Shown: in pieces, positions 27,101-42,300 of the stretch | Numbering within the stretch: the stretch's first letter is position 1 | Layout of the letters: each line of letters starts with the position of its first letter | DNA from: Carcharhinus amblyrhynchos | Lineage: Eukaryota | Assembly: GCA_965287045.1 (NCBI GenBank) | Contig: OZ336885.1 | Span: 62,682,001 to 62,746,000, forward strand | Direction: 5' to 3' | DNA length: 64,000 nt | Translations under genes and position numbers: made by a program | The notes under the pieces: generated by a model | The model's database searches: none | The model's input: the letters and a program-made list of their open reading frames with translations, nothing else | Told to the model about the DNA's origin: nothing

Positions 27101-30100
27101 ATGTTTATCAACGGGACCAGTGGTGATGTCTCAAAATTAATCGATGACTTTAATGAAGGGACTAAAGATATCTACGTTTTATTGGTCTATGGCAGAAAGA
27201 CAACTAAGATATAAATTGTAAAGCTAAAGAGAGGGAATGCAAAAGGCAATCTCTTTACTTTTCTGTGAACAACAAACTGGCAAATGGAGTGCAGTGTTAG
27301 GAAATGTCAAATGTTTATTCTTTTTCAGGAATAATACTAAAATAGCTCATTATATTCAGAGTGCTGGATAACAGACTTCTGCGCTGTTCACAGGTCAAAC
27401 TGTCCTGATGTGTGGCTGTTATAATAGCAATGGTTTAATGGGAATACTGCTGGAAGTTATTGTTTACTGAATAGAAAATTGATTACTTAATTATCGGAAG
27501 CTATGTCTCAGATTTGAAAGGTCATGATGAGCCGCGACTTAGCATTGTATGGAGCTTAGAACTCATATTCAAATAGAAATGAAAATGCGTAAGCAGCAGT
27601 AATATATACTCAACTCACTCCAGAAATGGGTGGCTTTACTTGAGAGGTGAATCTGCAGAGGCCGCATTTGCATTTGATACAGTTTAAACGTGTAAGCAGT
27701 CTTTTCATCGAAAACAATCATTCATTGAAATGTTTTGTCGATGTAGATATCAGATAATGGACCTGGTTTTACCAAGAAATCGCGCCCGCTGTTGGGCGCG
27801 AAATGCAAGTAAATTAGGGCGTTGTACCAAAAAACGCGATCCACACGCGAAACCGAGCAGATCGCCCCTTTACCGGCACCCAATTTGGGCGTGCATTTGG
27901 TCCGCGCCCCAAGTGGGCAGCCCGGTGATTAAAATAAATTAGCATGCATTTTAATGTAATGAACCCCGCACCCAAATCTACTGCTAAACCCGACTTCACT
28001 GTCCTCGGATCCGTTTCGGATCCGCACTGTTAACAATCCGCAGAATAAAAATCTGAAGCGGATTCCGATTTTGCAGGGGAATCCCCGAAGCCCATGCTCC
28101 TCGATCACCCTTCCCAGATACCCCACTAATCACCCCGTCTGTGTCCCAACCCCGGTCTCCATCACCCTGGGAGACAGACCACCACACCCACCCCCCGGCA
28201 GACAACCACCGCCCGCCCCTCCCCCCCAATCCCCCACCTGCGGTCGGACCTTCCCTGGGAGGCAGGCCGCCTTCGGGAGACCAAGTCCTCCCCCGCGATT
28301 CATTCACCTCGGGATGAAGCCCCCCTACACCCCTCCCCAACAGTGATCCAACATCCGTCCCCCCCAACTCCTGCGATCCACCCACCCCGCGAAGCAGCCC
28401 TCCCTCCGCCATCAACCCTGCCCCCCACCCCCCGAGCCGTCCCCCTCCCCATCCTCCGCGATCCAACCCCCTGGGAGGCTGCCCCCACCCCCTCCGGAAG
28501 ATAGGCCGCTCTAGGCAAAGCACACCCTCAACCCACCTTGATTGCTTATCTCCCTTCTGAGCTGCACTCGTTGATATGGATATGACGGCGTTGAAGTGGG
28601 GTAAACACATTAAGACGTCTCACAACCCCAGGTTAAACGCCATCAGGAATTTGACCTGGTGTTGTGGGACTTCTTATTGTGCTTACCCCAGTCCAACGCC
28701 CGCATCACCTCATCAAGGAGTGCAAGTCCAAAGCATGGTGCAAGGACATTAGCAATCGTGGTTATTTGGGGGTGTTTTGTATCGAGGGAGGGGGTTGGGG
28801 GGAGGGGTGGTGTGGCTGCCTCCCGGGGGAGGGTGTCTGATCCCGGGGGCCTGCCTCCCGGGGAGTTCTGTCCGTGGCGTCAGCGAGGGGAGGCGGGGGA
28901 GGGCTGTCTTCCGGGGGGGTTGGATCGCGAGGGAGGGATTGGGTGGCTGCATCCCAACGGGGATAGATCGCGTGATGGTCTGCCTCCCAATGGGGATGGA
29001 TCGCGGGGAGTGTGGCCTGCCGAGGGGTGGTGTTGATGGCGGCGGTGGGGCGGGGGGGTGGGGGCTGCCTCCCAGGGGATCCGGTCGCGTCTGATCCTCC
29101 CCCTCCCCTGGCTTTCTGTTTTGTTTTGATGTCTTTCGTGCCCTGGCGCGCTGTTTCAGATTTTTTTTTTCCCGAACTGCGTATGCGCAGTTCAGAGCTC
29201 CGATCGTTGCGGCAACGCTGAGCGCCGCCCACAGAGAGGAGCTGATCGGAGCCGGCAAAAGCGGGTGGGCCCGGTGGAACGAGGATTCCGGGCTCGGATC
29301 CGTTTTACATCCGGATCCTGCACTTTGCCTTCGATTTGTACAGTCTAACGCAATATCTCAACTTGTTAGAGAATCAAAATGGAGTGACCACGGATGAACA
29401 AAAACTCATGTCACTTTTTTTTTAAGAAAAGACCAGATGTTATTTTTCATTCAAAAGGCTTGTGAGGTTCTGGTACTCTCCTGAACAATTTGACTTTGAC
29501 GCAGACTCTTATAGTATTTATAAGGAAAAGCTAAACAAAGTGTGCAGAATTTTCTGGAAAGGCAAAAATGTTTGTTGACAATGAAGGCAAATCATAATGG
29601 ACACTACAAGACAGTTATATCTGCTTGGGATTCTCATGTTTGCATATGGTCGGCGCAACATCGAGGGCCGAAGGGCCTGTACTGCGAAGTAATGTTCTAA
29701 AACTTCTATATCAAAGTAGCAATGGGATTAAATGTATGAACAGAGAATGAGATAGGGAACACGATAAGCAGCACATCGATTTTCAACATGTTACAGGCAT
29801 TAGTTAGAACACAGTTGATAACAATGCATAGCTATTTCCGTCACAGTTCATATTTGTATATTTTGGGTCCTGGAAAATTCAATGAGCATTGACATATTTC
29901 TACCAGAACTTCGGAATCATAAAAATCAGGATGATTAGTGACATCATGAGCTATCCAATGCCATTCTTTCTGCATTTTTTTCCTACAAAAATATAGAATA
30001 TAAATATACAATATATAAACTTCAACCTAATGTGGCTACTCAGACACAAACAAATGCAATTAGGAAATATTACATTTACGAGTTTCATTGCGTGAAAAAA

Positions 30101-33100
30101 AAACATAAGCAATGGATCTTATTCTGGTGATTGGAGATGTGGTGACCGGGGATTGAAAGTAAGCAGATGTGGGAAGAAAAACAGAAGAACGGGTATGGTA
30201 AATGTGGAACATGATTTAAATTTGAAAGAAATATACAGATCTACAATAGTCGTTTTCATTGATAGGATTAAATTATAAAGCTAACCTACTTTTCAATGTT
30301 TAAAACGGCAAGACGAAGTGTATCATGCTCAAAGCCAATTTTTCGTTCTGTTGTCTAGAGTTAGGAAATTGTCAGAATACTGTAAAGGATCTAGGTGAGT
30401 TGAGGTTTACTGTGTTGCTTAAAGCTCACCCAAAAATAGGTAATACATGACAATGACTCAAACTGACTTCTAATAACAAACAATCGATATATTTTGGACG
30501 CTGTTCTGTGGAATTTCATAACTTAATCTAAACAATAAATCGCATAGATTGTGTTAATCCTAATAAATTGCATGGCAAAAATGCCCATTTACTTATTTTG
30601 TATATTTTTGATGGTAAATTATAAGTGCAGTTTTAAAAATGAAGGTTTATTTACAGCTATAAATGTAATAATTTGTTAGTACTAGGATGCGATTTCTAAT
30701 AATTGACAAGACTCCCTCGTATCCCCAACTATTTCAAATAATATGTCATCTTTTCAAAATGGTTTGATTTCTATTAGAGCAAAGGCTGCGTGAACAAGAA
30801 AAAGGTAGACTGAAAAAGCATTAAAATGTTCCAGAATAAAGTAGAAATATGTATCAGCACGTATCATGTTGAGACGTGTTGATTCCATTTATTCATGAAT
30901 TACGCCATGCACGCTTTGGAAAATGTTTGAGTTTTGATCTGCAATTAATTGAAGTAAAGAACGCCTAGAGATAAAATATACACAACTTTGATAAACGGAA
31001 ATTTTCGTTCCTCTATTGCTGATCAAGTGTTGTGAGAAGGTATGGTATTATTAACGCAAGTAAAGCTAAGTTCGTGATTTTGATTATTCCGATGCAACTT
31101 GTCCCCTCAAATTATCAACATTACCATTTTTGTCTTCTTCACAGCGGCAGAGAAGTTGGCTAAAGAAAAAGGTACTTGCTGAAAATTTGCTTCATTGCTG
31201 GTGGAAACTGAAACACATTTCTCATTTGTAACGGTAGACGTTAAAGCTTTGGTGAATGCCATGCCAAATTTTGAACTTGTAACACGACTTATTGAGTGTT
31301 TTGTCATGCAACGTCAACGCTTTTGAACCCGGTCATGTTAATTTGCTCCTGGTTTGTACATTACCGGTACACTTACGGCGGATGACGACAAACTTTAGGC
31401 ATCTTTAAAAGTGGCTCAGCCCATCTTACCATTGGAACGTAGATAGGATGTTCACAGCCATCTTCAGTTTAAGCTGCTATGTTAACTCCCATTTAAAATA
31501 TTTCCTGTGATCACAGATGTAATAGAAGCTCGTGACTGATTTATTGTCGAGATATCCAACAGTAGCTGAAGGCATTGGCTGCAGAATTCGCTGACGGCTT
31601 ATTAATACTGTGGAAAACAATTGAACGTGTATGCTGCAGTGTGGAAGAATGGGGCTGTAATTAACACTGCTCTCTCAGAGCGGCATGGTTCATGCTTCAA
31701 ATTCTACCAAGTGTGATTGCGTGTACGGAGTTTTGCACTTTCCCCTTTGTTTACACCTTTCCTGGGGTGCAACGATTAACTCGCACAATGCAAATGTGTG
31801 CACGTTAGGTGGTTTCGTCATACACAATAGCCGTTTAGTCCTCTCCAGATGTTTGTCTCAGGCGGAATATTGAGGTATACATCAGCACAGAAGAATTGGG
31901 TCTGGATGGTTTGTTCTTTTGGAGAGGTAATACAGGCTCAATGGGCTCATTCAATCCACAATAACTTCTCTGATGTGGCGAAAAATGAAACAGAAAAAAA
32001 GCTGCTCATCAATGTTGTCGACTGTTCTATGACCTTACATGTACAAATCAATCACCTGCTCAACCATATAATTTAGCTTGCATCAAGGGTCCTTTACTTT
32101 TGACCGAAGTACGGAATTTATCCGACATGAACTCTAGTAAAAATCTAGTTTAATTATCAAAGGGGATTTAGCCTCTTGTGGTACTGAATATTAACCAAGT
32201 TTTTCAAAGATTGTGGGGGCAATTTCCCATAAATTTCCCTGTGCGAAAATGTGGTAAAATCGGGCGTGAGGCGAATAGTGTGAATTGCGTCCTGGGAGCA
32301 ACACAAGACAGCCAACAACTGCTCCCGACATTCTTGCAATTGTTCTAGTGTGACCGTCTCCCAATCCTACATTCCATGGCCCTGATACTGCATACCTAGC
32401 AGCTCAGAGGTATTGCATATAGAAGGTTGCCTACCGAGTTCTCGCCGCCAGCAAGCCACCCAAAGCACAGGTCTCCGATTTAGCCTCCCCCACCGATGTA
32501 CACCATCAAATATGTCATTGCTCACCAGAGAATGAACCATAAGCCTGAGCAATAACTGGGCCCATAGACATGCCATTATTTGACATGAGGAACTGCGAGT
32601 TGGAAGCTGATGCCGAAATGATGCCACCCTCGTAGTCGATTAACTGACATGCTCCCAGGACTCAATCCGAACTATCTGTGGAAGGATGGGTGCGAAACGC
32701 AGCAGGGGCCACCATTTCAAAAGATTTCAGGGCGTCCATAAAGTGATCCTATAACATAGGTTGTACTGTTAAGTGCAAGGGACGGAGAGGAATCCGAGAT
32801 ACGCAAGAATTGATTCATATTTCTCTGCTGCACTCAGGACAAAGCGCAAAGAAGATGAAGGGAGCGATTGTTTGGTCGTGACCTTCAACTTTTCTGTCAG
32901 GTCTCCTGTGGGAGATGCGTGTCACGGGCCTTGAACTGATATTTGCACATGCGTTGGGAATGCATACACATGTCTCAGAGCAGCAAACAGTCGCCGGTCA
33001 GGCCACACTAGAAACTGGAGGGAAGGCGGTTAATTTAAATATTTATATATCCAGTGCGATTATTAGTTCATTCTCGGGACGTTTCAGATCACTGAGATCA

Positions 33101-33279
33101 CCGAGAAAATTTAAGTGAACTCATTCGGACATCATCTAGTCATCGGCTCCCGTCGTGGGAATTTCCATTGTCCTCTCTCCCCTCTGAACTTGCGACCAGC
33201 GCCGGCTGCTGATCCAATGCCCTGATTTTTCTCCTGATATGTTGCTGCGAACCATATACAGAGGGTAAACTGGTGCAGA

Positions 33280-33314
<35 letters not shown>

Positions 33315-36300
33315 GCATAATTGCAACCACATCTCCCGAAGCCGGGGCCAGCTCACTTCATACTTCGAAGCCGCATGGCACGGGTAGGTTAGTCTGAGGC
33401 AGTACCCTCAGGGGGGTCTCTCTTCCGATTGTTTGACCGGCTTGTTCAGGGAACTAGCGGAAGACCTGACCAGAATGAAGTTCCGCAATGGGCGAACCGA
33501 GGAGGATCGCGCGGTGGGGGCGGCGGGGGCGTGGCGGGGGTGGGGGGGGGGGGGAGGTTGGTGGGGGGGGGGGTGCTGTACCCGACAGGGCATGGGCAAC
33601 CTGGTGGTGATAACTGGTGACCTCTGGTTCTACCAAAAGGGCATTCTACCCGTCCTCAGGGGGCATCTTGTCCCTGCGCATCAGGAATCGGGCAGTGGGG
33701 TCGAATGTGGGCGGGGCCAAAGTGTAATAGTTGCGGGTGGATGATCCGGTGCCACTCTGCGGACAAGATTGGTCTGCGATGGAAGCTGTGGTGGGCCAGG
33801 GGCTTGTCAACCGGATGGGATTGGACAGCGTCAGCGGGTGTATTAGTCAGTGGCCAGAGAGAAAAGGCGTGTGAGGTGTTGAGGGATCGCCACTGCCGGG
33901 GGCGTGGCGGGAGGGGGATTGAGGGGCCTATGCATCGCGGCTCTTCATTCGGGTGGCGTGGTCAGTGCTGGTCCAGGAATTGCTCTAGGGGCCGCGATCG
34001 GGCAGTGGGGGTGTAGTGTGGTGGAGGGATGGAGGGGCAGAATTGTGATGCTCTGGGGCTGGCCAGCGATTGAACTGGCGAGCAAAAGGAGAGTCTGGAA
34101 AATCGGGACTACTGCACCTCCTGAACTGTCCGACTCCGGAGCGAATAGGGCCCACCACCTGGGTTTGTCATAATTATCACGACTAGGACTTCATCAGTGC
34201 ACAGCGTGCAGGGATTCCGTTGAGAAGCTGAACTGACAAAACAGTCAGGATTTGGAACAATTTTCCTGCCATTTCAGCATTTTTGGCAGAACGCCCTCTG
34301 CATCTCAGGAATAGACTCGTTGGATCTCCAAGCCTGCAGCGTGCAGGCTATTCATTTGAATTGTAACCCCCTATTGTCCCAGGGACCATATTCCTTTCCC
34401 CCTCAAAGACGCTCCTTAATGTTAACTCTCCAGTCTGTCTTCACGACCTCGCATGACAGCGAGTTTCAGCACGCACCACACAACCTGTGTAAACAAACAT
34501 GTATTGAAAGTTTAATTTAATCTTTGCTCCTCGCAGCCAAGGCCCATGCTACTTAGAAAATGCCTCACATTGATTGGAGGTTGAAAAAGTGCAACATTTA
34601 TTGTCTTTAAACCAGGCGTGTTGCAGTCCCCCTTCATCAGGCAGCTCCAGCGCCCGTTCCTGAAATTTCTGAGGATTCATAGTTCTGGCTGGCCACCTGC
34701 AGTCTTCGCCCTCTCTCCGGTGTTATGCTTGGTCATTTGCTGAGTGTCGAAACAAGAATGGAAGGAATGCCGACCTGACACTGCGGATTATCAGGGGCTG
34801 AGCTCAAGGCGGAGCAGATTGTTACTTTTGGCGGAGAAGGAAAGGAATGAGGTGTTTGGGCTTCGGGGCTGAAAGCACGCAGAGTGCTGGGTGGGAGAAT
34901 AGGTGTCCTGCTGCGGCGAAACTAATGCTCCACCTTGCCTCCGCCCCACCCAGCAGGAAGCAGGGCCATCACCAGTGAAACTGGGTGCTGTATGTTGGGC
35001 GACTTTTTGCTGCACTTCGGCATGTCCATCTTTTTAAATTATTTTATAGTGCTGCCCCTTGATATAACAGATCAGCTGCAGACATTTTGGCAGAGCATTT
35101 CAGTAAGTAACATCAAATGTCCGTGTTAGCATTGTGAGGAAAGCAGTGGAGAATTTACTGATGTGCTGATAAATGACTGGATCAGTGTCTCTATGATAAT
35201 TAGGGAAGAGAGAGATAGAGGGAGTCGTCTTCCCGTCGTCAGAGTTCGCGGCACATGAGGGCTATGTGTAGGAATGCCCTTGGTGCGGCAGAGGGGGTGG
35301 GGGAATAACTTTGCCCAAGACAGGTGGGGGGAAGCGGAGGGGTCACTCTGCCTGAGATCGGTGGAGGCAATGCGGGTGTGGGGGGAATGGGTGGACAATG
35401 ACATTGCATGAGACTGATAGGGGGAGGGGGCCGGCGGGTGGTTGTTTGATTCGGGGCTGTCTACCATTTTTTCTGCGATTGGTGGTGGTGGTGGTAGTGG
35501 GGAGGGGGGGGGGGGTGGTGTTGGTGGTGGAGGGGGTGTTGGGAGTGTTGGTGGGATATGGAGGCCGCTGCTACTCTCCCTCGATCAGTCGGGGTAGGTT
35601 CACTGCTGCCACCTTTCCTGCGGTCGGTCACGGCTGTCACTCGGCCGGTGAACTGTGATCAGAGGGACAGTGCCATTTTGCCTGAGACCATTGAGGGGAA
35701 AGAGGCGCCGCTTCAATTCTTCCTCTGAAGGGTGAGGGGGGTGGGGGCCGCGATCTGTCTGAGTGGTGGAGCGGTGAGGGCATAAGGCGGCTATTAATGC
35801 TAGGGAGCCTGGAAGAATGTGTCTGCATTCCATCATTTGCATGCACGTACGGAACTTGTAGCTGCTACCGGAGCTGTATTGTTTCAGGCACGGTCAGCAG
35901 TGCACACAGGCTTCTGCATCGAAATTCGGAACCGCGGAATTTTATTTTGACAACCTCAATTTGGGATCATAAAATGGAAGTGAAACAGTGCCAGTTTCAT
36001 TACCGCCCAGCACTTAGTATGAAAATGGTGGAGTTTTTTAGTGTGTGAGAGTCTATGTGTCTGCCTGTGTGTTGTTAGTGTGCGTGTGTGCGTGTTTGTT
36101 TGTGCTTGTTCGTCCTGATATTGATTGGAGGGTATTTCTGGGTGGGAGGGTGCTGTTGTTGACCAGTAGTTTGCCCTTATACTGAGATGTAAGTAAAGCA
36201 CATGTCGATGTAATTCCGATTGTCAACGTCTACCAGACATAGAAATGTTTTGCACAACCACGTCGCTGTACACATATTCACAAGTAAAGTCGTTACCTTC

Positions 36301-39300
36301 CATCCATGAAATCGTTTCGGGGGCGAATTGTTGAATATGCGGTTTGGCATTCAGGGACTTGAAGTACAGGCATTGTTCTCCTGAATACGCAAAATTAACG
36401 TGCTGACCACTGAAGCGCCAAGCAAAGTGCATGCCCAACATGAAAACGCACTTCCATTTAATTTGGTTCAACAAAATCGTTACATCCATGAAGAAGGTGA
36501 GTAAATGTTCAGCATGTTACCATTGTCACAAAATTAGCTGGGATGGCTCTATATACTGCATAGATTTAAGAGCAGGTTAAAACTTGAAATTATTCCATAA
36601 ACAGGCGAATGTTTCTTCCAATAAGTCATGCAGGCCACTTAGAATGTGCAAGTCACCACTATGATGACATATGTTGCAGTTAATTAATGAGCAAAGATCA
36701 AAAATCATCAAGCAGAGTGAAACTATCAAGGAAAATCAAGTGCTCACAAGTGATAGAACTTACAGCATCTAAAACGTGAAGGATGCATCTGTGTTGGGAT
36801 AAATTCGTCAAATACCTGTTGCAGTAAGTCATGACACGAACGTTAAATTTGTTTTGCTCGTATCAGTTGCAGATCAAAATATGTTACCTCTATTTTGTCA
36901 GAAATCATTCATACACCCAACCCCTTATACTGAAATATGAAGTGAATTATCAAGTAGGCGGTTTGTGATACCAACCGATCGTAGTTTTAATTGACATGTG
37001 TTATTCTGGATATCTTGAATGTTTGAAAGATAAATGATTCGAAACATGGGACATGATTTCACGATTCCGACCTACATTTTTTTTTCCTGTGAGCTCGGGC
37101 CGGGAAATGCACGCGTTGGCCATTTCGCGAGTTCCCGGACAAGTTTTCCCGCACCCGCATCTCCCAAACGGAGAAAAATGTTGCCTCCGGACCCCGCTGA
37201 AAACCAGTGGGTCGCTGATTAGTATGAGTTTACATATCATTGCATGTAATTGTCTGAATCCACACGTCATTATCACCGCATGTCTGCGTCTCCAACATTT
37301 TTGGCGTGATGTAAGCTTGGCGCAAATCAGAACAGATATTTAAACGTTGCAACCTAGCTTGACAGACATAAAATTGGGTGCGGAAATAACCGTTCGTGCA
37401 GTGGGGGAATGTTGCAGGCAGATCCTGTAGACGCAGAGAGGGAAGTGGTGGTGGATAAGATTCTATTTCCTCACAACTCTCTGGGTGAGGTTCTATCTGA
37501 GAGTCCTACTCCTCACCTCCACCCTCGCACCCCGCGCAGTGCTGAAGTGCACTGTGAGAAGCAGCATCCTCCCCCTGCTCCAAGCAGCGCTGAAGCGCAT
37601 AGTGAAAGGCAGCATCGAGTCCTCCTGCGTTTCCCCCCAGCCTCCCAAGAAGCGCGGAAGCGCATTGTGCTAAGCATTCGGGAGTACTCCCGTTTCCCCT
37701 CCCACGTCCGCACCATTTTGTACTGAAATGATCTTGCTGCGGAATGTGATTACGGACTCTACAAAGTCCTGGCGGGATAAGAATGTACCACGTCCTCACT
37801 GAGGTCTAAACAGATGAAGCATGTGCTCCTCCAGGCCCAGGTTAACAGAATCAGCCATGGACTGCATGGAATCTGCTATCAATGAACTAGCATCTGATTC
37901 GGATTTGCACTCTTTCCATGTCCTGTGTCACGGACCAGTAACACATGACTGTAACAGATTTTACAGTTCCACGCACAACAATTCCTCAAGGGTGCTCATT
38001 ACCCGCGTCTGCACAACGATCTGCATATTCGGTACCAGCATTTGTCACGGTGGGAATCTCACACAACCCTAATCCGGCCAAGTATGGCACCACGGATTGT
38101 GTAGGTTTGCCACCTCCCCACACGTGGGGATGCTGGCCTTAGTGAGGAACTGTGGTCTTACTCTGTTTATGCAACCAATGTTAACAATATATCATTCAAT
38201 GCTCTTTCCAAGCTCCACTGTACAGATGTATCTCGATTTGCTCGATCTGGAGCAGGATATGTTGGTCCGTAGGAGGGGAAGTCGATTGGCTGTGGAGGTG
38301 GCAGAAGTGGTGAGACAACAGAAAGAGTTGCCACCACGAGACCTTCAGGAACGAGGGCATGGGGCTCCCGTTGCGTGTCAGGTTGCTTGAGGAAGCTTCC
38401 AAGAAGGTGTGCAGAAAGCAGCGGATGCTGAGGCCAAGGTTGCACAGGCCCCACATTTCCTTTGAGGCCCTCTCGGAGGAATTGTGCCAAAGCTGGCTGC
38501 GCCTGTCCATGACTATACTTCATCAAATTTGTGAGGTGCACTCACACCTTGTACTTCAGGGGAACGGCGGACACCCATTTCCTGTGGCCGTAAATTTGAC
38601 AGCAACTGTTCGTTTCTATGCTTCCAGGTCATTCCAGGCTGCCAGTGGCGATGGCTGGGACCTCCCAGTCTTCCATGCACCATTGTGTGTGGCAAGTCAC
38701 AGATGTGCTGTATGCCCGAGCAAGGCACTGAATTAATTTTGATGCGGGCGTGCACAGCTGGATACGCCAGCTTTCGGCTTTGCATCCGTCGCCGGGATCC
38801 TGAAAGTGCAGGACTCAGTGGAAGGCAAGCACATCACCTTGCCCCCTCCCATGCAGGGCAGGAGCAATTTTTGAACTGGAAGGGGTTCTACTGAACGTTC
38901 AAATAGTCTGTGACCATCGGCTCAAAATCATGCAGCTCAATGACGCCAACTAAGAAGTGTGCATGACAGTTTTGTAACCCGGGAGTCAGACATCCCTGGG
39001 CTCTTTGAAGACGAGACCAGGCCCTCGGGATGGCTACTGGGTGACAAGGGATTCCGACTAAGATCGTGGTTGATGACGCCTGTACGTCGCCACAGACCGA
39101 AGTAGCGACCCGGTACAACGACGTAATGCATCAAACTTGTTGGTCGTTGAGCAGTGCTTCGTCCTGCTCGGGATATGGTTCCAGTCCTCCTTGGGTCGCT
39201 CTGGGGAAGCCCTCCAGTATGACAGTGTGCAATCTTCAACATTGTTATTGTTTCCTGCGCCCTGCACAATAACGCCAAACGGCGGCAGCGGCGGGGGCGG

Positions 39301-42300
39301 TGGGGGGCGGGGGCGGGGGGTGGGGAGGGTTCGCTGCGGGGGGGCGGCGGGCGGGGGAGCGGGTTCCTGCTGGAATAGGGGGAGGAGGAGGAGCAGCAGC
39401 AAGGGGGCAAAGACGGCACCCCACCACATGCGGAGATGGAGGAAAGATGGTGGCTGGCAATGGCAAGAAAGGGCAGCGAGGAACGCGTTTCTTGCAGCCC
39501 GCTTCGCCGAGCTGGTGCTGTGCAGTTCGGGGGATGCAAGACATGCACATCTACCCCAAGCCAGGAACAAGTGCAAACACTATTCCCCCTCTGAACCAAC
39601 CTGAGCCCTCAAACCACCACATCACCCTTCCCCTGCTCCTGCCTTCCCACCACAACAACCGCCAGAAACATCGTACCAAATGAATGTGAATGGGCTGGCA
39701 ATGGTTGCGAGCCTTGGCTTAAGGCGCAAGGATGATGGCGGCACATTGCTGCGCACACTACGATCCTGCACCTGTTGCTATTCAAGTCTGACTCCAAACT
39801 CTACTCCCAATGCAAGCTGTCACATCTGGCCGACATAGTTGTGAGGGTTGGCAACACATTCTTCTTGGCCGACGGATGGGTGGGTTTTGGCGGTGCACTT
39901 GCACCAGTATCTGGTGAATGTTAGCGAGCATATGGCAGACACTCTAAAGCATGGGCTCAGTCTACAAAGCTCAACAGATAGCACTTCTGTGTTTGGAAGT
40001 TCGAAACAAATAGCATTTTTGTGGAGTGTGCACATGTGGGGTGAGGGCGAATCAGGGACAAATTAGTCACAGTTTGATGTGCAATTAACATTTTACTGTG
40101 TTCTTAACATAAATGAGTACCTAAACCTGATAATGCTCACCTTCACCTGTGCCTTCCAGTGAACCACAACTTTCCAACGTTTGTTTTCTATTCCTTTCTC
40201 TACGTTGAACTAAGAAAAAAAAGAGATAGATGGAAGAGGTGCCCACCTGCAATGTATGTCCCATTGCTTCTTATGGCCTTGGCTGACGTCCCCTAGGTTG
40301 CCAGGACCTGGAAGGCCTTGGCTGACTTGTGGATGGCACAGTTTGAGTGCCACATTGTTCATCACATTGGCCCTGACACACCCCGGGTGAGAAAGGGGGA
40401 GTTGGGAGATCTCTGGACTTCTTGGATTTCCCGGCTGAAAGACAGCGGCATGGCCTCAAGCACACCCCCTTGCCCACAAGCCCTAGTGGGACACCATGGG
40501 ATACCAGCGTAGGTGGACTGAGCTACAGATTATCTGGCGTTACCTGTCTCTACCAGTCCTGATGGCCAAGAACTGTTTGCCCTATGATCTGTGATCCTGC
40601 AACTCGAGCCCTCGGAGAGTCTGCCATTCTCTGCAACACTCAGCTGCAGCATTTTGTGAGAAAGCCAGGCTCTGGAGCCGACAACAGTAGCCCAATGGGC
40701 CTGGGCTTTGTTTTCCAAGCTCACAGCCGTGGCCTGCAGTGTCTCCAGGATACCAGCGAGAGTCCCAGCCATGGCCAGCTGGGTCTACATATAACCACGA
40801 CACCCATGGTCATGGAACGCTTTGTGTCTCCTGAATGACACGACCACACTCGCCCGTGGCCCGTCAACAGGATGGCTGGGACCCTCTCACACATGAAGAC
40901 AGACTCCTGAGCCAGAATTTCCATCGTGGTCGGCTGCCTTGCAGTGTTGGCCCAAATCTCACGCTGTTTTAGCACCACATGCTGCAAAACTAATATTTTT
41001 GACGACGCTAAAATGTCCCTGCAGTCACAACATGTTTGCTGACAGCCCGTCCTCAGCTCTCGAGTTTCCTTGATGGATCTGTGCCAGCTTTGGGAGAAGC
41101 AAACCCGGAAGCCCAGAAGTTGGCTTGAGGACAGCTATTTCCTGGTCTCCAGCGGATCACCGTATGCCCGAGCCCTCGGATGGGCCCGCCTCCACCCGAT
41201 GAGCATCAGCGGTAGGGATCTGTTCACCCGATCGTGACCCAGACGCCCCAACACGAAAGGTGCCCACATTGTGAATGAATCTATGTTGGTAAATTGCATG
41301 CGAGATGCAGATGACACTTAAGTGGTACTGCCCTCAAATGATTTATCAGTGCTTCCCTACGAGGTGTCACCAAGAGGACCGTCGGCAGTTAACACCAGAG
41401 TAGTGAGGGCGGCAGCAAATTCCGAATAGTCGGGCTCCTCTGGGTCCAGAGCTAAAAAAATAGAACGTGCATTTGGATGAGAGAGAGACAAACATTCTCT
41501 GCAGCACCGCACGTATTCAGAGTAGAGCGATAATTGAGGGTGAGCTTCTGTTCACTGCATGCTTTATGCTGACCTGGCTGTCATTGACCATTCGGTGTAG
41601 CACAACATCCCATGCCAGTTTCATGGCACACTCATCCATGCTACTCAGTTTCCAGATATTATACACACCCCTAAATCTCTCGGTCGTCTCCCGTGCTTTG
41701 CAGAAGCAAGCATTAACATATTACAGTGCATGGTGCACAATGCGGGCCTGCCTCATGGGTGTTGTGCTGAAATTTTCGGGGAAAACGCTCACCAAAGAAT
41801 GACACTCATTGAGGGATGAGGGAAGTTGTTAAATTCTGTTCACATTTTGCATGCAATTTACCTGTCCAAGTCGGTTAGGACATTCGTGCCAAGCATGTGT
41901 GCAATTTCAAGTTTAATGTTCACTCAGCCTTGCTGCTCGCAGACCATCATGCAGTTTATTTTTTGGGCACTTCCTGCCAGAGCATGGTGTCAGGCTCCTA
42001 GCATTCACCAAATCTGTCACGCTCCCACAATGCCATGGCAGATGCGCCCCTTGATTTAGGGCGCTGGCCAGTGAGCAGATGATCACATCTCTTCTCTACG
42101 CCATCTAGCAAATGCTACTGGCCTGCGTGCAAAACTTTGGAAGATGCTTTCTGTTTGTCGATCTTTTTTGGCGTGACTGAGCGTGCATCCATTTCTGCAG
42201 CTTATATAGAGTTCTGGCTTATTAAGTGATTTCAGGCACAGTGACTGTGGCCAGATTTAACACACACTTACGACAGAGTTTGAAGTTTTCATTCAGTTGA

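Noticed and set aside
27996-29258. Several overlapping 100-200 aa Gly/Pro-rich ORFs
   Set aside because: Artefact of stop-poor GC-rich repeat arms that are open on both strands.
38937-39599. 220-aa ORF on the - strand
   Set aside because: Antisense shadow of the Harbinger transposase pseudogene plus a G-tract.
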